Below, in pieces: positions 1 through 8,429 of a stretch of DNA of 64,000 nucleotides (its first letter is position 1; each line of letters opens with the position of its first letter). The stretch covers positions 18,116 through 82,115 of the forward strand of contig DDED01000160.1 in assembly GCA_002336035.1 (NCBI GenBank), written 5' to 3'. This DNA is from Cellvibrionales bacterium UBA1963 (GTDB taxonomy: Bacteria; Pseudomonadota; Gammaproteobacteria; Pseudomonadales; UBA7434). The position numbers and the translations under genes were made by a program. Below the pieces are notes generated by a model. That model searched no databases. It was given only the letters and a program-made list of their open reading frames with translations, and was not told the DNA's origin.

Positions 1-941
1 ATAGGGACAAAAACGTTATCGCGAATATTGTCAGGAATACCAGGACCGTTGTCACGTATATCCACCCGACAAACAAGCCGATGGTTATGCCCGCCAATCG
101 TAAACTGACGAATAATACGGCTTGCTATCGTAATGAGCGGTTTATGGGTTGGCTGAGTCGGCTGATTCAAGGCATTCACCGCATTGCAGGTAATGTTCAG
201 TACGGCTTGAATTAAACGTTCTTTATCAATCTTAATATCAGGGATGCTTGGATCATAATCTCGTGAAATGATAATGCTATCACCACAATCAGCATTGGTG
301 AGATATCTCACGCGTTCTAACACTTCATGAATGTTTGTGAGGGCCGTGTTATGAGGTTTGACTGGCCCGAGCATGCGGTCGACTAGATTACGTAACCTAT
401 CGGCTTCATCAATGATAATTTGGGTATATTCTTTAAGGCTGGGTTCCTTGAGTTCTTGCTCCAGCAATTGCGCTGCACCACGAAGGCCGCCGAGTGGATT
501 TTTTATTTCATGGCCAAGGCCTTTTAATAACGCATGCGTTGATTCTTGTGAAGAATAAAGTGTTTCATCACGGCTAATCCTTAATAAGCGGTCAATGGGT
601 TGAATTTCTATAATCAGCGCGCTATTGGGAATATCGTCAATCGGGGTGACGGTGTAGTCGACGGTGAAGTGACTCATCTTACCCGCATTGGTCTTTGATA
701 GGGTTGCCTCTCGTTGTGTATGGGCTCGACCGCTGCTTAGAGTATCTTTCAGCGTCAATATCATTGAATCGGCGGCAATCAGTAAGCTATTGAGTGGCAC
801 GCCAATGTGGCGATGACCGCTCAGCCCTAGTAGGCTTTCAGCCGCAGCATTGATGTGGCTCAAACAGAGTTCGCTATCCAGTAACAGCACCGCAGTGGAT
901 AAGTTTTGAAGAAGCCGTGTGTGTAGTTGTTCTGCAATCAT
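1..941 (-). CDS. ntrB: Nitrogen-regulation sensor histidine kinase NtrB/GlnL (N-terminal and core part; 3' end runs off the window)
   Basis: Absent from the ORF track because there is no stop in the window. My minus-strand translation from the ATG at 941-939 gives MIAEQLHTRLLQNLSTAVLLLDSEL... The H-box LLKGLGHEIKNPLGGLRGAAQLLEQE is in frame (His codon at 512-510). A perfect NtrC-type palindrome lies about 165 nt upstream. Confidence 0.85.
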   Translation of the reverse strand, partial: MIAEQLHTRLLQNLSTAVLLLDSELCLSHINAAAESLLGLSGHRHIGVPLNSLLIAADSMILTLKDTLSSGRAHTQREATLSKTNAGKMSHFTVDYTVTPIDDIPNSALIIEIQPIDRLLRISRDETLYSSQESTHALLKGLGHEIKNPLGGLRGAAQLLEQELKEPSLKEYTQIIIDEADRLRNLVDRMLGPVKPHNTALTNIHEVLERVRYLTNADCGDSIIISRDYDPSIPDIKIDKERLIQAVLNITCNAVNALNQPTQPTHKPLITIASRIIRQFTIGGHNHRLVCRVDIRDNGPGIPDNIRDNVFVP

Positions 942-1104
942 AGTATTACCAATGCAAAAATTGTGCGCATATTAGGAAAAGGGAAGATTAATATTAATAA
1001 TCCATATAAATCATATGGTTAAAATTAAATAAGATCTATTTTCACCCCGTCGAGTGCGCTGAAAGCCGGGCAGGCTAAGGCAAACGCCACCAGTATAACA
1101 TCAT

Positions 1105-1123
1105 TTGCACCACTATGGTGCAA
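1105..1123. promoter_or_regulatory. NtrC-type enhancer-binding palindrome TTGCACCACTATGGTGCAA
   Basis: 19-bp perfect inverted repeat. Its core TGCACCA-N3-TGGTGCA matches the enteric NtrC consensus as I recall it. It lies in the divergent intergenic region between ntrB (start 941) and the protease gene (start 1242). Confidence 0.6.
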
Positions 1124-1241
1124 ATCTGTTGGTCTCAATGGCCTTCATGGGGTAACCCTTATGCTTGATCGACGTGACTAGAGTTTGAGGGACGATTAAG
1201 GATAGAATCAGGCATCTTTATGCGATGAATCAAATAAGCCT

Positions 1242-2444
1242 ATGCGCAACTCATTCCCACTCTTATTGCTGTTATGCCTATCACTTATGGGGAACTTGTT
1301 CTGGTTCTTTACTGGCGAAGAGAGGGCGTCAACGTCATATAAAGCACCTATCGACACGTCAGAAAGCCCAAGCAGTAGTGAGGTAAATCATTCCAGAGTG
1401 ATGCCAGCACGAGCGAAAGCCAGGGTAACCGATCCGCCGCAGACACCATTGATCGGGCAACCACTAGAGGTCAGGCGGCTAGAGCAGTTATTTGACCTCG
1501 ATCAGTTTGCGCAATTGGCAGCGCAATGGGAACGTTTTTCAGAACATTATCCCCAGCGAGCAATGAAACTAAAAACGTATTGGTTAGCAGAGATTAAACG
1601 TGGACTGCAGGGTGAAGAGATTAATCGTAGCTTATATTTTTTAGATGCTTGGCTAACACACTTTCCCAATGATTTTGATAGTCAATGGTTGCAATCCACG
1701 TATCACTTCGTTCAAACCAGTGAAATAAACGATTTAGAAACGATGTTTCACTTGGCTGGATCGCGGGCTGGGGTTAAAAATGATATTTATACCCACCAAA
1801 TGAACACCATCATTGAGGCTCAATTAGTTAACTTAAAAAATAAGCATGATTGGCCGTTAGTGATAAAACTCCTCGAGTATGTACTTTGGCATCAGCCAAG
1901 CAATAACTCATATATTTTTGGATTGGCTAACGCTTATTTTCATATCGAGCAATTTGAGCAGTCAAGATTACGATTAGCATCACTAACCAGTGACATTTAT
2001 TATGGTAAACAAGCTAGAGAACTACTGAGTCAGATTAATCAGATTACTTTAACTAAAGCAGCTTTCCCTCTCGTTAAGCAGTCTGCGCATTACTTAATTA
2101 ACGGCCAATTGAGTAATAATGGCTTGACGTTATTAATTGATACTGGGGCCTCAATATCAGTGCTCGCTAAATGGTTCTTTGATCAAGCTGAAGGTCAATT
2201 AAATGCTAATTTTGTAGGTAATGGCACTATTGATACGGCTGGCGGCCGAGTTGAAGCTCCTATTTATCGGTTTGATTATTTTGCTATTGGTGAATATCGT
2301 GTCAGCGATATTGAATTCGTTATTATGGAGTTGAGCCAGGGCGATCGAAATAGTCAGGGCTTACTAGGGATGAACTTTTTAAAACACTTCAAATTTAATT
2401 TGGACCAAGACAATGAATACTTGGTTTTAGAGCCGCGCTATTAA
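1242..2444 (+). CDS. Secreted or membrane-anchored TPR-like protein with a C-terminal retropepsin-like (clan AA) aspartic protease domain
   Basis: 400-aa ORF with a hydrophobic N-terminus (FPLLLLLCLSLMGNLFWFF). The C-terminal part has LLIDTGASISVL (D-T-G-A active-site motif) and GLLGMNFLKHF, typical of bacterial single-domain retropepsin-like proteases. Confidence 0.6.
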   Translation: MRNSFPLLLLLCLSLMGNLFWFFTGEERASTSYKAPIDTSESPSSSEVNHSRVMPARAKARVTDPPQTPLIGQPLEVRRLEQLFDLDQFAQLAAQWERFSEHYPQRAMKLKTYWLAEIKRGLQGEEINRSLYFLDAWLTHFPNDFDSQWLQSTYHFVQTSEINDLETMFHLAGSRAGVKNDIYTHQMNTIIEAQLVNLKNKHDWPLVIKLLEYVLWHQPSNNSYIFGLANAYFHIEQFEQSRLRLASLTSDIYYGKQARELLSQINQITLTKAAFPLVKQSAHYLINGQLSNNGLTLLIDTGASISVLAKWFFDQAEGQLNANFVGNGTIDTAGGRVEAPIYRFDYFAIGEYRVSDIEFVIMELSQGDRNSQGLLGMNFLKHFKFNLDQDNEYLVLEPRY

Positions 2445-2944
2445 TCTGGTTTATTACGCCGTAAGGCAAGCCATTTTTTCTCACTTATCGTGAGTTTTTT
2501 ATCAATGCCACTTACTCTGTCGCGATAGCTTTGTGACAATCTTACGCCGCCCTTAGCATTGGCAATGAAATCATCTGCACGTATTTTTTTTGCAACGGCT
2601 AACTGTTTTTTGAGCGCAGTGATTTGTCTTTTTTTATCCGTTAATTGTTGCTCCCAGGAAAGGTAGCGTTGCTGCTTTTGGTGAGCATCAAGCGCATTCT
2701 TTACTTTGCGCTGTTGAATCGCGTGCTCAATGGTCGCTGCCGATAAAGAGGGTGTGTTCGTTGCTTGATATTGGATGATCGTTGCTTCGGTGGCCGTTGC
2801 CAATCCTGCTGTTTTTTTTACTTGAACGTGTTGATCAGTGAATTTCGTGTGGCCTTGACTGTCAGAGGTGTTGAGGGTTTGAGCTAAGGTTAATTCGGTG
2901 TATTGCATTAACAGTAGCGAGAGTAAAATTCCTAGCGTCTTCAT
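2441..2944 (-). CDS. Secreted hypothetical protein with a basic coiled-coil C-terminus (possibly DUF4124-like)
   Basis: 167-aa ORF with signal peptide MKTLGILLSLLLMQYTELTLAQ. The C-terminal half is rich in K, R and Q heptads. Its stop overlaps the stop of the convergent protease gene. Confidence 0.45.
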   Translation of the reverse strand: MKTLGILLSLLLMQYTELTLAQTLNTSDSQGHTKFTDQHVQVKKTAGLATATEATIIQYQATNTPSLSAATIEHAIQQRKVKNALDAHQKQQRYLSWEQQLTDKKRQITALKKQLAVAKKIRADDFIANAKGGVRLSQSYRDRVSGIDKKLTISEKKWLALRRNKPD

Positions 2945-3150
2945 AATAAACTTACCCTAGCGGTTTCTAAGTTAGGTGGGTATTTTAATACGGTTTATAT
3001 TTTAAAAACTGTGAACTGGGTATAAAATTTTACAATCTCATGCCGTTAGTTGTAGCACAAAGAAGCCAATATGTTGCGTACAGAGAAGTTATTAGTTGAA
3101 ATGGCTGTGACTGCAGAAGGGTGGAGTGAGCTTGACGAGTGTGACTAAGA

Positions 3151-3182
3151 CCACCCTGAAGGCATGGTTGCCTTCAGGGTGG
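3151..3182 (-). terminator. Strong hairpin directly downstream of the glnII stop
   Basis: CCACCCTGAAGGCA-TGGT-TGCCTTCAGGGTGG forms a 14-bp perfect stem starting 7 nt after the stop at 3189. The trailing U-tract is weak (TCTT). Confidence 0.55.
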
Positions 3183-3188
3183 ACTGGC

Positions 3189-4199
3189 TTAGACTAATGC
3201 TTCTTTAGTTGTTTTGATAATTGCTGCGGCAACTTTATAAGGGTCGGCATTTGATGCTGTACGACGATCTTCCAAGCGTCCTTTCCAACCATCTTCAACC
3301 GTACCGATAGGCACACGAATTGATGCTCCACGATCTGACACGCCATAACTGAACTCGTCAATTGATTGCGTTTCATGTTTGCCAGTAAGACGTTGGTCGT
3401 TTTCAGCACCGTAAACACTAATATGCCGTTCGATATGCTTACCAAAGTTCTCACAGATTTTTGTGAAGACTGATTCATCACCTAAGTCACGCATTGCCGC
3501 ATTTGAGAAGTTTGCGTGCATGCCAGAGCCATTCCAGTCGAGATCACCAAAAGGTTTTGGGTGGTAATTGATTTCATAGCCGTATTTCTCACCGGTTCTT
3601 TCAAGCAAGTAACGTGCTAACCAAGTTTCGTCACCGGCACGTTTGGCGCCTTTAGCGAAAACCTGAAATTCCCATTGGCCAGCTGCAACCTCAGCGTTAA
3701 TGCCTTCAACATTAAGGCCAGCATCTAAGCAAAGGTCAAAGTGGTCTTCAACACAGCCGCGACCAAAAGCATTGGCTGCGCCGACTGAACAATAGTAAGG
3801 CCCCTGTGGTCCTGGGAAGCCTCCTGGAGGAAAGCCTGGGGGTAACTTTGTATCAACATCCCATAGAAAATATTCTTGTTCGAAACCAAACCAAAAGTCA
3901 GAATCGTCGTCATCAATAGTTGCGCGGCCATTAGAGACGTGCGGCGTACCGTCCGCATTTAATACTTCAGTCATGACTAAGAATGAATTTTTGCGATCAG
4001 GGTCTGGAACAATAAAAACGGGCTTTAATAAGCAATCTGATGCATTGCCTTCGGCTTGTTCAGTCGAGCTGCCATCAAATGACCACATAGGGCATTCTTC
4101 AAGTGTGCCGCCAAAGTTATCCCTGACTTGCGTTTTACTGCGCAGGCTTTGAGTGGGCGTATAGCCGTCTAACCAAATATATTCTAACTTCGCTTTCAT
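3189..4199 (-). CDS. glnII: Glutamine synthetase type II (eukaryote-like GSII)
   Basis: 336 aa. Motifs: KLEYIWLDGYTPT, GPYYCSVG, GINAEVAAGQWEFQVF, DWNGSGMHANFS, RLTGKHET, DRGASIRVP, LEDRRTASNADPY. Length and motifs match GSII (Rhizobium/Streptomyces GlnII, eukaryotic GS), not the ~470-aa GSI. Confidence 0.9.
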   Translation of the reverse strand: MKAKLEYIWLDGYTPTQSLRSKTQVRDNFGGTLEECPMWSFDGSSTEQAEGNASDCLLKPVFIVPDPDRKNSFLVMTEVLNADGTPHVSNGRATIDDDDSDFWFGFEQEYFLWDVDTKLPPGFPPGGFPGPQGPYYCSVGAANAFGRGCVEDHFDLCLDAGLNVEGINAEVAAGQWEFQVFAKGAKRAGDETWLARYLLERTGEKYGYEINYHPKPFGDLDWNGSGMHANFSNAAMRDLGDESVFTKICENFGKHIERHISVYGAENDQRLTGKHETQSIDEFSYGVSDRGASIRVPIGTVEDGWKGRLEDRRTASNADPYKVAAAIIKTTKEALV

Positions 4200-4417
4200 T
4201 GTATGTATTTCTCCGTTTAAATTATTTCAATTCGGGTGCATAAAAATGCACGGGGTAAAAATGCTTGTGGCACTGGGTCTTGCCGCGTCTCCCTTAACAT
4301 AGCAATAGCTATACCAACTTAATAGGGCTTTAAAAATTTATAAGCTATTGATAAATAATATATTTACCTAAAGCGCTTATGGGGCGCCGCCAAAATCGCA
4401 CCAAAATAGACCATCAA

Positions 4418-4434
4418 TGCACTAGTTTAGTGCA
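4418..4434. promoter_or_regulatory. NtrC-like palindrome TGCACTAGTTTAGTGCA upstream of glnII
   Basis: 17-bp perfect inverted repeat with TGCAC/GTGCA half-sites at NtrC spacing, about 220 nt upstream of the glnII ATG. A GCACCA half-site also occurs at 4398-4403. Confidence 0.45.
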
Positions 4435-4707
4435 TTTTTTAATGATGGCTATGGGAGCATGCGCCAAATGACACTTTTGCGCACTTAATTATCAATGGTG
4501 TATTCTGTCCGAGCAAACAGTAAAAATCAATTCTTAAACGATTATTGCTGCCTTTGTTGCAAATCTTTCAGTCATTAATCGTATAATGGCCTTGCCGCTG
4601 GTTGATTTTCGTTCAAATCGGCGTCGGCGACGCAAGTAAGCACTTCGTGCGATTATCGCTAAGTCGCTCAGGTCTTTTTAATCAACGGAAGCTTAAATAG
4701 GTTCATT

Positions 4708-6027
4708 TTGAAAGCACAATCAACCAAAGATTATCTATCTCAGTGTCAGCATGCCGTGGCCAATACACTGTATGGTCTGATTGTGACGGTGATATGGCCA
4801 TTGTTTTTTGTTCGATTACTGTTTCGATCGTTAAGCTCGCGAAGTTATCGGCATCGATGGTTGGAACGTTGCGGGTTAATTAAGTCCCAGCAATGCCCCG
4901 GGGGTATTTATCTGCATGCGGTTTCGGTTGGCGAAGTAATTGCAGCAGAACCGTTGGTCAGTCAATTGCGGGTTGATTATCCGCATCGACCATTAATTAT
5001 CACTACGACAACGCCTTCGGGTTCGGAGCGCGCGAAAAATTTATTTGGCGACGATGTTTTTCATTGCTATGCCCCGTTTGATTGGCTCCCCTTTGTGTGT
5101 CTTTTTTTGGTCAAGACCAAGCCTGCGCTATGCATCGTCATGGAAACAGAATTATGGCCAAGTATGCTTTTTTTGTGTCGAAAAAAAGCGATTCCGGTCG
5201 TGGTTGCGAACGCACGATTGTCTGATAAGTCAATGCGCGGGTATCAGCGCATCAGTTGGCTGGCTAATGCCATGCTTCGAGAGGTTCATGTCGCTGCGCA
5301 GTACCCTCCTGATGCCGACAATTTTTTAGCTTTAGGGGTGCCTAAACATCATTTGCGAATGACGGGCAGTATTAAGTTTGACATCACGATCAGTGACTCA
5401 CTTGCTGCACAAGCAAAGGGTATACGCCAGTCACACCTTAAAAATGGCAAACAATTCGTTTGGTTAGCTGGTAGCACGCATGACGGTGAAGATGAAAGTA
5501 TTTTAGCAGCGCACCATACGCTATTACAAAAAAACGCAGCTACCCTATTGATTCTTGCGCCACGACACCCTGAGCGCTGTGATAAGGTGGCCGCACTAAT
5601 TGAGCAAAACGGATTAACCCATCAACGAAGCTCTGAAGCGTCTTCGGTTAATTGCCTCACCCAGGTTCTGTTAATTGATAGTATCGGTCAGTTGATGTTG
5701 TTCTATGGCACCGCGGACCTGGCTTTTATCGGCGGCAGCATTGTCCCTCATGGAGGGCATAACCCGATAGAGCCTGCGGCCTGGGGAATGCCGATATTAG
5801 CCGGTCCCCACTTATTTAACTTTGCGCAGATCAGCCAATTACTTCAAGACGCCGGGGCCCTTCAGCTCATCAATAATACGGATGAGTTGGCTGAAGATAT
5901 TAGCTATTACATTGAATACCCGTCACAGCGTGAGATCGCCGCTCAAGGGGGAAGGAGCGAGGTGGCGAGCAATCAAGGTGCATTGCAACGATTGCTCGAA
6001 TTGATCCATTCATTACTGGAACGATAA
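4708..6027 (+). CDS. waaA: 3-deoxy-D-manno-octulosonic acid (Kdo) transferase
   Basis: 439 aa, with GGIYLHAVSVGEV near the N-terminus and a glycosyltransferase C-terminal half (GGSIVPHGGHNPIEPAAWGMPILAGP). This is the KdtA/WaaA pattern. The start is non-ATG (TTG), so it is uncertain. A TATAAT sits at 4582-4587 upstream. Confidence 0.88.
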   Translation: MKAQSTKDYLSQCQHAVANTLYGLIVTVIWPLFFVRLLFRSLSSRSYRHRWLERCGLIKSQQCPGGIYLHAVSVGEVIAAEPLVSQLRVDYPHRPLIITTTTPSGSERAKNLFGDDVFHCYAPFDWLPFVCLFLVKTKPALCIVMETELWPSMLFLCRKKAIPVVVANARLSDKSMRGYQRISWLANAMLREVHVAAQYPPDADNFLALGVPKHHLRMTGSIKFDITISDSLAAQAKGIRQSHLKNGKQFVWLAGSTHDGEDESILAAHHTLLQKNAATLLILAPRHPERCDKVAALIEQNGLTHQRSSEASSVNCLTQVLLIDSIGQLMLFYGTADLAFIGGSIVPHGGHNPIEPAAWGMPILAGPHLFNFAQISQLLQDAGALQLINNTDELAEDISYYIEYPSQREIAAQGGRSEVASNQGALQRLLELIHSLLER

Positions 6028-6028
6028 G

Positions 6029-7495
6029 TCAGTCTTGAACCGGTGATGATTGATTCAATTGCAGTGAGATTTCAGGCTCTACTAGCCAGTTATTAAGCTC
6101 ATATATATCATCAGGGGCTAATATACCTGCAGCACGCTTAAGGCCCAGTGAGTTAATAATGAAGTCATACCGCGTATTGGCGTAATCACGTTGCGCGCGA
6201 AATAAATCCCGCTGCGCATTGAGTAAATCGACAATATTCCTCGTTCCTGCATCATAGCCAGCTTCAGTTGCATCGAGTGCGCTTTCGGCGGAGGTGATAG
6301 CCAATCGGCGTGCATTGACGCGAGCAGTATCGGCCACCGTGGTTAGAAAACTGGATCGTGCGTCCCGAAAAGCTGATCGTTTGGCCGCAACTAAATTGGC
6401 TTGGTCGCGAACACGCTGAAAGCCGGCTTCTCTTCGCTCAGCCTGTTTAAAACCGCCAGCCCAAATGGGTACATCAAGGGTGATTTCAGCAGTCGTACCG
6501 TCTCTATTTGAATAGGACTGCTGCTTACTTAAAGTCAGTAAATTCTTATTGTCCGCGTCTTGCTGACTGTCTTTGTATCGCAAAGTGGCTTTGATACTGG
6601 GGGCGATGGCGGCCTTTTTAGCTTTTGCATTTTGATTCGAGGCTTCAGCAACTTGCGCGGCCAATTTTATGGCCAAGTTATTTTTCGCTGCAAAGGCAAC
6701 CCATTCTTCTGCCGTATCAGGGGTGGGTCTGTTGGTAATAAAATTGGCTGAAAGGTTGGCCAAATTGGTATGAGCTTGGCCAGTTAGTGCGGTAAGGTCC
6801 TCATAAGCAATGCCTAACCCAACTTCTTCTGTCAGGCGGTTAGCCACGGCTAAATCGAATGCAGCACGCGATTCATGTACGTCGGTAATAGCGATCAAAC
6901 CCACATCATAACGTTGTTGCGTTTGTTCGAGTTGTTGCTTAATAGCCTTTTCTTCAGCCAATGATGAGGTCAGGTTATCTTGCCCGCGCAGCACATCAAA
7001 GTAAGCGTTGGCTGTGCGAATGATTAGAGCCTGCTGATCAATGGCCAGCTGCAGCTCGCCTTGCTTTGAGAGAGCATGACTCTGTTTGAATGAGAAGTAA
7101 GCCGAGAGATTAAATAAATCCTGCGTCAAGGTGACGGTATAGCTGTTGGTGTCAGACTCCGTACGGGTTTGCGATTCACGATTTCCGCCAGGAAAGTTAG
7201 AAATATCAAAGTTGCCGAAATATGATTCACTGTGACTGTCTTCATTTGCCTCGGAGTAGCTGGCGCTGGCGCTGATTTGAGGCAACAGCTGAGAAATGGC
7301 CTTGGCCTTGATTTCTTGACTGACATTAAAATTCGCTTGAGCCGCCTGTAATGTGGGATCATTGACAAGCGCCAGCTCATAAATGTCAACCAAATTAGCA
7401 GCGTGAGTCCATGGATTAACGGCAAGGCAAGCAACGCTACAAGTCAGCATGGCTAAGTAACGTGTAGGCATTGAAATCGTGAGGGCAAACGGCAT
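6029..7495 (-). CDS. tolC: TolC-family outer membrane efflux channel
   Basis: 488 aa with a signal peptide. Mature start NLVDIYELALVNDPTLQAAQANF and repeated coiled segments are typical of TolC. An alternative start exists at 7471. Confidence 0.85.
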   Translation of the reverse strand: MPFALTISMPTRYLAMLTCSVACLAVNPWTHAANLVDIYELALVNDPTLQAAQANFNVSQEIKAKAISQLLPQISASASYSEANEDSHSESYFGNFDISNFPGGNRESQTRTESDTNSYTVTLTQDLFNLSAYFSFKQSHALSKQGELQLAIDQQALIIRTANAYFDVLRGQDNLTSSLAEEKAIKQQLEQTQQRYDVGLIAITDVHESRAAFDLAVANRLTEEVGLGIAYEDLTALTGQAHTNLANLSANFITNRPTPDTAEEWVAFAAKNNLAIKLAAQVAEASNQNAKAKKAAIAPSIKATLRYKDSQQDADNKNLLTLSKQQSYSNRDGTTAEITLDVPIWAGGFKQAERREAGFQRVRDQANLVAAKRSAFRDARSSFLTTVADTARVNARRLAITSAESALDATEAGYDAGTRNIVDLLNAQRDLFRAQRDYANTRYDFIINSLGLKRAAGILAPDDIYELNNWLVEPEISLQLNQSSPVQD

Positions 7496-7801
7496 GAAAA
7501 ATCCTTACTAAAAAGTCAATAGAACGATTATTTTAACAGACCGACAGGCAGGCTGTGGCCATCATCGTTTAAGGTTAAGTGGTAGTAATACTACCGTTTT
7601 ACCAGCGATGTGCTGTAATTATACCGACTGTGAGGGCCATGTAAGCAATATTGTTACAATTTACCTCTGCAATCACTTGCGTAGAATATACGACTGTCTT
7701 TACCCTTTGGTTTTTACTATGAGTGGAAAATCCCCCGGTTTGATAATCTCGTCTGTCTGGCGTGATCCGATGGATAGGCCCGTAATTGAAAATGAGATGC
7801 C

Positions 7802-8416
7802 GTGAAAAGAAAATACCGTTTTGATATTAAAGCCATGATGGCTAACTGCGAACTAAATTATTTGCGCCTCTGTCAGATCATGCCGTCTGTTAACCTAAGC
7901 GGGCTCGATCAGGGATTCACTCAAAATGACAGCGAGCGTTGCCGCGCGGAAGATCAAATGCGCTGCAACATAGATTTAGGCGAAGATCGACTGGCGCGCT
8001 TGCAATTAATGATCACCGAACGTTGCCGCTTTACGACCATGGTTAACTTGCATTTAAATATTGAGGCGATGTCGGTGGTCTGTCAGGCAGCGTGTGTGAA
8101 TTTATCGATCCGACTTTATCATGATGTCAATATGGCTGAAGTGGTTGCTTGCAATCAGCAGCCCAGCCGCCTAGCCAGTTACCAGTACCCCAATGAATTG
8201 ATGTTTCAACCCGATGAAAAAGAGCAGCAAAATAAGTTTCTGGCCGAGTGGCTAAGCCTTACCTTAAAGCATGGCTTGAGCGAATCCGTCATTTTAGGGG
8301 CTAACAGTGACCCAACATGGCTGCTAAATAGAGCCGCTTCTGCGGCACAACTCGCGCCGACCGCATCGACCAGTGACATTCCCTCGCTGGCTCAAAATAC
8401 GAATCAAAGCCAGTGA
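7802..8416 (+). CDS. DUF1249 (YqiB-like) protein
   Basis: 204 aa. The N-terminus CELNYLRLCQIMP matches the YqiB family, and the gene sits where yqiB lies in the conserved yqiB-cpdA-yqiA-parE block. GTG start. Confidence 0.7.
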   Translation: MKRKYRFDIKAMMANCELNYLRLCQIMPSVNLSGLDQGFTQNDSERCRAEDQMRCNIDLGEDRLARLQLMITERCRFTTMVNLHLNIEAMSVVCQAACVNLSIRLYHDVNMAEVVACNQQPSRLASYQYPNELMFQPDEKEQQNKFLAEWLSLTLKHGLSESVILGANSDPTWLLNRAASAAQLAPTASTSDIPSLAQNTNQSQ

Positions 8417-8429
8417 TGAGCGCGAACTG

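Noticed and set aside
4268-4283. Sigma-54-like TGGCACTGGGTCTTGC on the + strand between glnII and waaA
   Set aside because: The spacing is GG-N11-GC rather than the strict GG-N10-GC. The element also points away from glnII, toward waaA 430 nt downstream, which has its own TATAAT. It is probably a chance match.
7608-7805. 65-aa ORF in the tolC-yqiB spacer
   Set aside because: The composition is Cys-rich and odd (MCCNYTDCEGH...). There is no RBS or known motif, and it occupies a divergent promoter region. I do not call it a gene.
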